Source of the DNA: Armatimonadota bacterium
Lineage (GTDB): Bacteria; Armatimonadota; Armatimonadia; Armatimonadales; Armatimonadaceae
Reading direction: 5' to 3'
NCBI GenBank assembly: GCA_043754515.1
Contig: JAYUUO010000009.1
Location: 1 to 19,496, forward strand
DNA length: 19,496 nt
Below, piece by piece: positions 16,467 to 19,496 of the stretch. The notes beneath the pieces were generated by a model. That model saw only the letters and a list, made by a program, of their open reading frames with translations. It made no database searches and was not told where the DNA came from. Position 1 is the stretch's first letter; every line of letters begins with the position of its first letter. The position numbers and the translations under genes are program-made.

Positions 16467-18527
16467 CTACCATATGGTGGTCATACCCGCCGCCGACCGT
16501 TGTTCCTTCGCGTCCTTACCGAACGCCTCCCAGAACGCGGGCGTGTTGGCGAGGGGCCCGCGCACCCGGTACTCGTTGGGCGAGTGCGGGTCGGTGTTCA
16601 TTTGGAGCTTGAGTGACTCCGGCCGTTGCTTCGCGCGCCATACCTGCCCGAAGGCGAGGAAGAAACGCTGGTCGCCGGTGAACCCGTCAATCTTCGGGAT
16701 TTTCTTGCGACCCAGTGCCTTGTGGTACGCGAGGTAGGCGATTTTCAAGCCGCCCAGATCCGCGATGTTCTCGCCGAGCGTAAGTTTCCCATTGATGCGT
16801 GCGCCTGGGACCGGCTCATAGACGTCGTATTGCTTCGCGAGGGCCGCGCTACGCGCGTCGAAGTTTTTCGCGTCCGCCGCCGTCCACCAGTCCTTCAGGT
16901 TGCCGTCCGCGTCGAACTGCCGACCCTGATCGTCGAAGCCGTGCGTCATCTCATGCCCGATCACCGCCCCGATAGCTCCGTAGTTCGAAGCGTCGTCGGC
17001 CCCGGGATCGAAGTAGGGCGGTTGCAGAATCGCCGCCGGGAACACAATCTCGTTCATCGTCGGGTTGTAATACGCGTTCACCGTCGCCGGGGACATGCCC
17101 CACTCCGTGTGGTCAACTGGCTTGCCGAGTTTGTCCAGGTCGCGCTGGAAGTCGAACTCGTCGGCGCGGGCCACGTTCGCGTAGTACGAATCCGTCTTAA
17201 TTTCGAGTTTGCCGTAGTCCCGGAACTTGTCTGGGTAGCCGATCTTGATCGCAAGCGTGTCCAGCTTGCGTTGTGCCTGCTTCTTGGTCGGGTCGCTCAT
17301 CCAATCCAGCGTCTTGATCCGCTCCGAAAGCGCGGCTTTCAGGTTCAGCACCAGCGCGAGGGCTTTGGCTTTCGCGGCGGGCGGGAAGTTATCCGTGACA
17401 TAGAGCGCGCCGACCACCTCCCCGAGCGCGGCGTCGGTGGCGAGAGACGCCCGCTTTTCGCGCGGTACCATCGCCGTTTGCCCCGAAAGGCTGGAGCCGA
17501 AGCGGAATTGCTCGTCCACGAACGGCTTGCTGAGCTTGCTCGCGCCCGACGCGACGACCCGACAGCGCAGGTAAGTCTTCCACGTGGCGAGTGGTACGTC
17601 GGTGGTCATCGCCGCGAACTCCTTGAAGAACTCGGGGTGCGCGAGATCCAACTCGCCCGGATCCACCTTGCCGACGGCTGCGAAGTACGCCCCCCAGGGC
17701 GCGCCCGGCGCGGCGGTTTTAACCCCGGTGAGCGTCATTTTATTGTATTGCGATTGCGGGTCGCGTAGCTGGACGCGGGTTCGGGACGCCTTCGCGAGGC
17801 GCGTCTCGAACGCGACAACGGCGTCCGCTTCCGTGGCCGCGTCTGTAGCGGAGTCGCCGATCAGCACGAAGTAACGGGCGAGATGATCCGTGTAGTTCTT
17901 CCGGATTGTCGCCGTCGCCGCGTCAGTCTTCAAGTAGTAGTCGCGGTCGGGCAGTCCGAGGCCGCCCTGTCCCAGATAAATCATCTCTCGCGTGCTATCT
18001 TTTAAGTCGCTCTGAACACCGAAGCTGAAGCCCGCCGAGATTCCAACCCGGTGGAAATGCGCGAGGGTTTGCATCAAGCCGGTCGCGTCCGTGATCGCGG
18101 CGACACGGTCGAGTTCGGGCTGGATTGGCGTCGCGCCGAGCTTGTCCGCGAGTTTTTCGTCAAGCGCGGTCCGGTAGAAGTCGCCGACCTTCTGTTCGTT
18201 CGAGCCTGGGACGGCTTTCCCGTCCGCTGCGGTTCGCTTCGCCTTTTCGAGTAGCGTCTTCAGAGCTGCGTTGGTGCGCTCGAACACCTCCACGCCGACG
18301 CCCGCCTGGGGATACTCGGCGGGGATAGTCGCGCTTTTCAGCCATGAGCCGTTCGCGAACTGGTAGAAGTCCGATGTCGGTGACACCGACTTATCAATGT
18401 AGTCAGGGTTGACCCCGTGAACGGAGGCGGGGGGCGCGGCAAAAACGGGTGCTGTCAAGACGGTGAAACCGAGCAGCGCGGCGATACTCAGCGAGGCGGA
18501 AATGGGTCGCCTGTAAAAAAAGGGCAT
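16467..18527 (-). CDS. M13 family (neprilysin/PepO-like) zinc metallopeptidase, secreted
   Basis: Signal peptide ending PVFA, DFYQFANGSW, LGLPDRDYY, VNAYY, HEMTH (HExxH), GENIADLGG, DPHSP. Confidence 0.96.
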   Translation of the reverse strand: MPFFYRRPISASLSIAALLGFTVLTAPVFAAPPASVHGVNPDYIDKSVSPTSDFYQFANGSWLKSATIPAEYPQAGVGVEVFERTNAALKTLLEKAKRTAADGKAVPGSNEQKVGDFYRTALDEKLADKLGATPIQPELDRVAAITDATGLMQTLAHFHRVGISAGFSFGVQSDLKDSTREMIYLGQGGLGLPDRDYYLKTDAATATIRKNYTDHLARYFVLIGDSATDAATEADAVVAFETRLAKASRTRVQLRDPQSQYNKMTLTGVKTAAPGAPWGAYFAAVGKVDPGELDLAHPEFFKEFAAMTTDVPLATWKTYLRCRVVASGASKLSKPFVDEQFRFGSSLSGQTAMVPREKRASLATDAALGEVVGALYVTDNFPPAAKAKALALVLNLKAALSERIKTLDWMSDPTKKQAQRKLDTLAIKIGYPDKFRDYGKLEIKTDSYYANVARADEFDFQRDLDKLGKPVDHTEWGMSPATVNAYYNPTMNEIVFPAAILQPPYFDPGADDASNYGAIGAVIGHEMTHGFDDQGRQFDADGNLKDWWTAADAKNFDARSAALAKQYDVYEPVPGARINGKLTLGENIADLGGLKIAYLAYHKALGRKKIPKIDGFTGDQRFFLAFGQVWRAKQRPESLKLQMNTDPHSPNEYRVRGPLANTPAFWEAFGKDAKEQRSAAGMTTIW

Positions 18528-18740
18528 TCAAACAAACTCCTTGGTAACAGTGAAAGAATGGTCCGCATTGCGGCGCGGTCTCTCTAAGACACCGGAACCA
18601 CGTCATTAGTGACAGACAAAGCGAGATAAGTTCGGTGTTCCACCTCCACATTCAGGCTCGAATGGTGCAAACGCGGGCAGGGGATTGCCCGGTCCGTGGC
18701 GAAAAGTAGGGTTACCGAAAGGCAAAATAAGGAGTCTTAT

Positions 18741-19424
18741 ATGGCAAGCAAATCTGCCCTGATCGTGTGGGGCGGCTGGGACGGGCATCAGCCCGAGGAA
18801 GTGGCGGAGATTCTACGGGGCGCGCTGACAAAGCACGACTTCGCGGTGGAAGTTTCCGACACGCTGGACGCGTATTTGGACGAGGCTCGGCTCAAATCGC
18901 TCGACCTAATCGTGCCGCTCTGGACGATGGGGACGATCACGCAGGAGCAGTTGCGCCCTTTGCTCGCGGCAGTGCAAAGCGGTGTCGGGCTGGGCGGCGT
19001 TCACGGCGGCATGTGCGACTCGTTCCGCATGGAGACCGAGTACCAGTTCATGACGGGGGGCCAGTGGGTTGCTCACCCCGGTAATGACGGCGTGGCGTAC
19101 ACGGTGGAGATCCGCGACCCGGACCACTTCATCACACAGGATTTGCCTCCGGTCCTGCACGTGAAGTCCGAACAGTACTACCTGCACGTTGACCCGGCGG
19201 TCCGCGTCCTCGCGACGACGCGCTTCCCGACCGAGGGCGTTGGCGGGCCTCACGCAAAGAACGGGATCGTGGACATGCCGACGGTGTGGACGAAATACTG
19301 GGGCGAGGGACGGGTCTTCTATAACGCGCTCGGTCACCACGCGGACATCGTTGCACAACCCGATGTGCTCAAGCTGACCACGCGCGGCCTACTGTGGGCG
19401 GCGCACGCCGAAAATGTCGCATAA
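18741..19424 (+). CDS. ThuA-like domain protein
   Basis: AAGGAG then ATG 18741. ALIVWGGWDGHQP, GLGGVHGGMCDSFR, GGQWVAHPG, SEQYYLHVDP, WGEGRVFYNALGH. Confidence 0.92.
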   Translation: MASKSALIVWGGWDGHQPEEVAEILRGALTKHDFAVEVSDTLDAYLDEARLKSLDLIVPLWTMGTITQEQLRPLLAAVQSGVGLGGVHGGMCDSFRMETEYQFMTGGQWVAHPGNDGVAYTVEIRDPDHFITQDLPPVLHVKSEQYYLHVDPAVRVLATTRFPTEGVGGPHAKNGIVDMPTVWTKYWGEGRVFYNALGHHADIVAQPDVLKLTTRGLLWAAHAENVA

Positions 19425-19453
19425 CTAACCCCGGTTCGACTTAAGGTCTGCCC

Positions 19454-19496
19454 CGAATCACTACCGCGTCGGGGCATCCGTCGCGGTAGTGATTCG
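19454..19496. repeat. Long inverted repeat (hairpin) at window end
   Basis: CGAATCACTACCGCG-T-CGG-GGCAT-CCG-T-CGCGGTAGTGATTCG: a perfect 15-bp stem plus 3 bp after one mismatch. Confidence 0.85.

Noticed and set aside
16626..17768. 380-aa plus-strand ORF
   Set aside because: Antisense shadow of the M13 peptidase, common in high-GC genes; no motifs. The same applies to the shadows over fumC and glyQS.

Overview
High-GC bacterial chromosomal window with no rRNA, tRNA, CRISPR array, integrase or transposase that I can recognise. Apparently intact genes: a stand-alone 5'-3' exonuclease (cut by the left edge), fumC, a PhyH-family dioxygenase, ArsR, SRPBCC, GNAT, a TIM-barrel sugar isomerase, a pRiA4b ORF-3 protein, a RemA-like hypothetical divergent from an excisionase-type HTH gene, a lone Wzm-type ABC permease, a small exported protein, a lone HEPN protein, a Thermus-like glyQS, a TPR protein, an M13 metallopeptidase and a ThuA-like protein. 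The clearest unannotated signal is local gene decay. An ArsR operon has collapsed into three abutting fragments: a 25-codon methyltransferase start missed by the ORF track, a rhodanese 5' half and a TauE/SafE 3' half. A membrane-protein gene is split by an in-frame TGA and twin G8 tracts. A MoxR-like AAA ATPase is frameshifted and truncated. The best candidate for an undescribed intact system is the RemA-like <- promoter/structured leader -> HTH -> wzm module (6981-8796); this is inference. All family calls come from motif recognition, not database searches.
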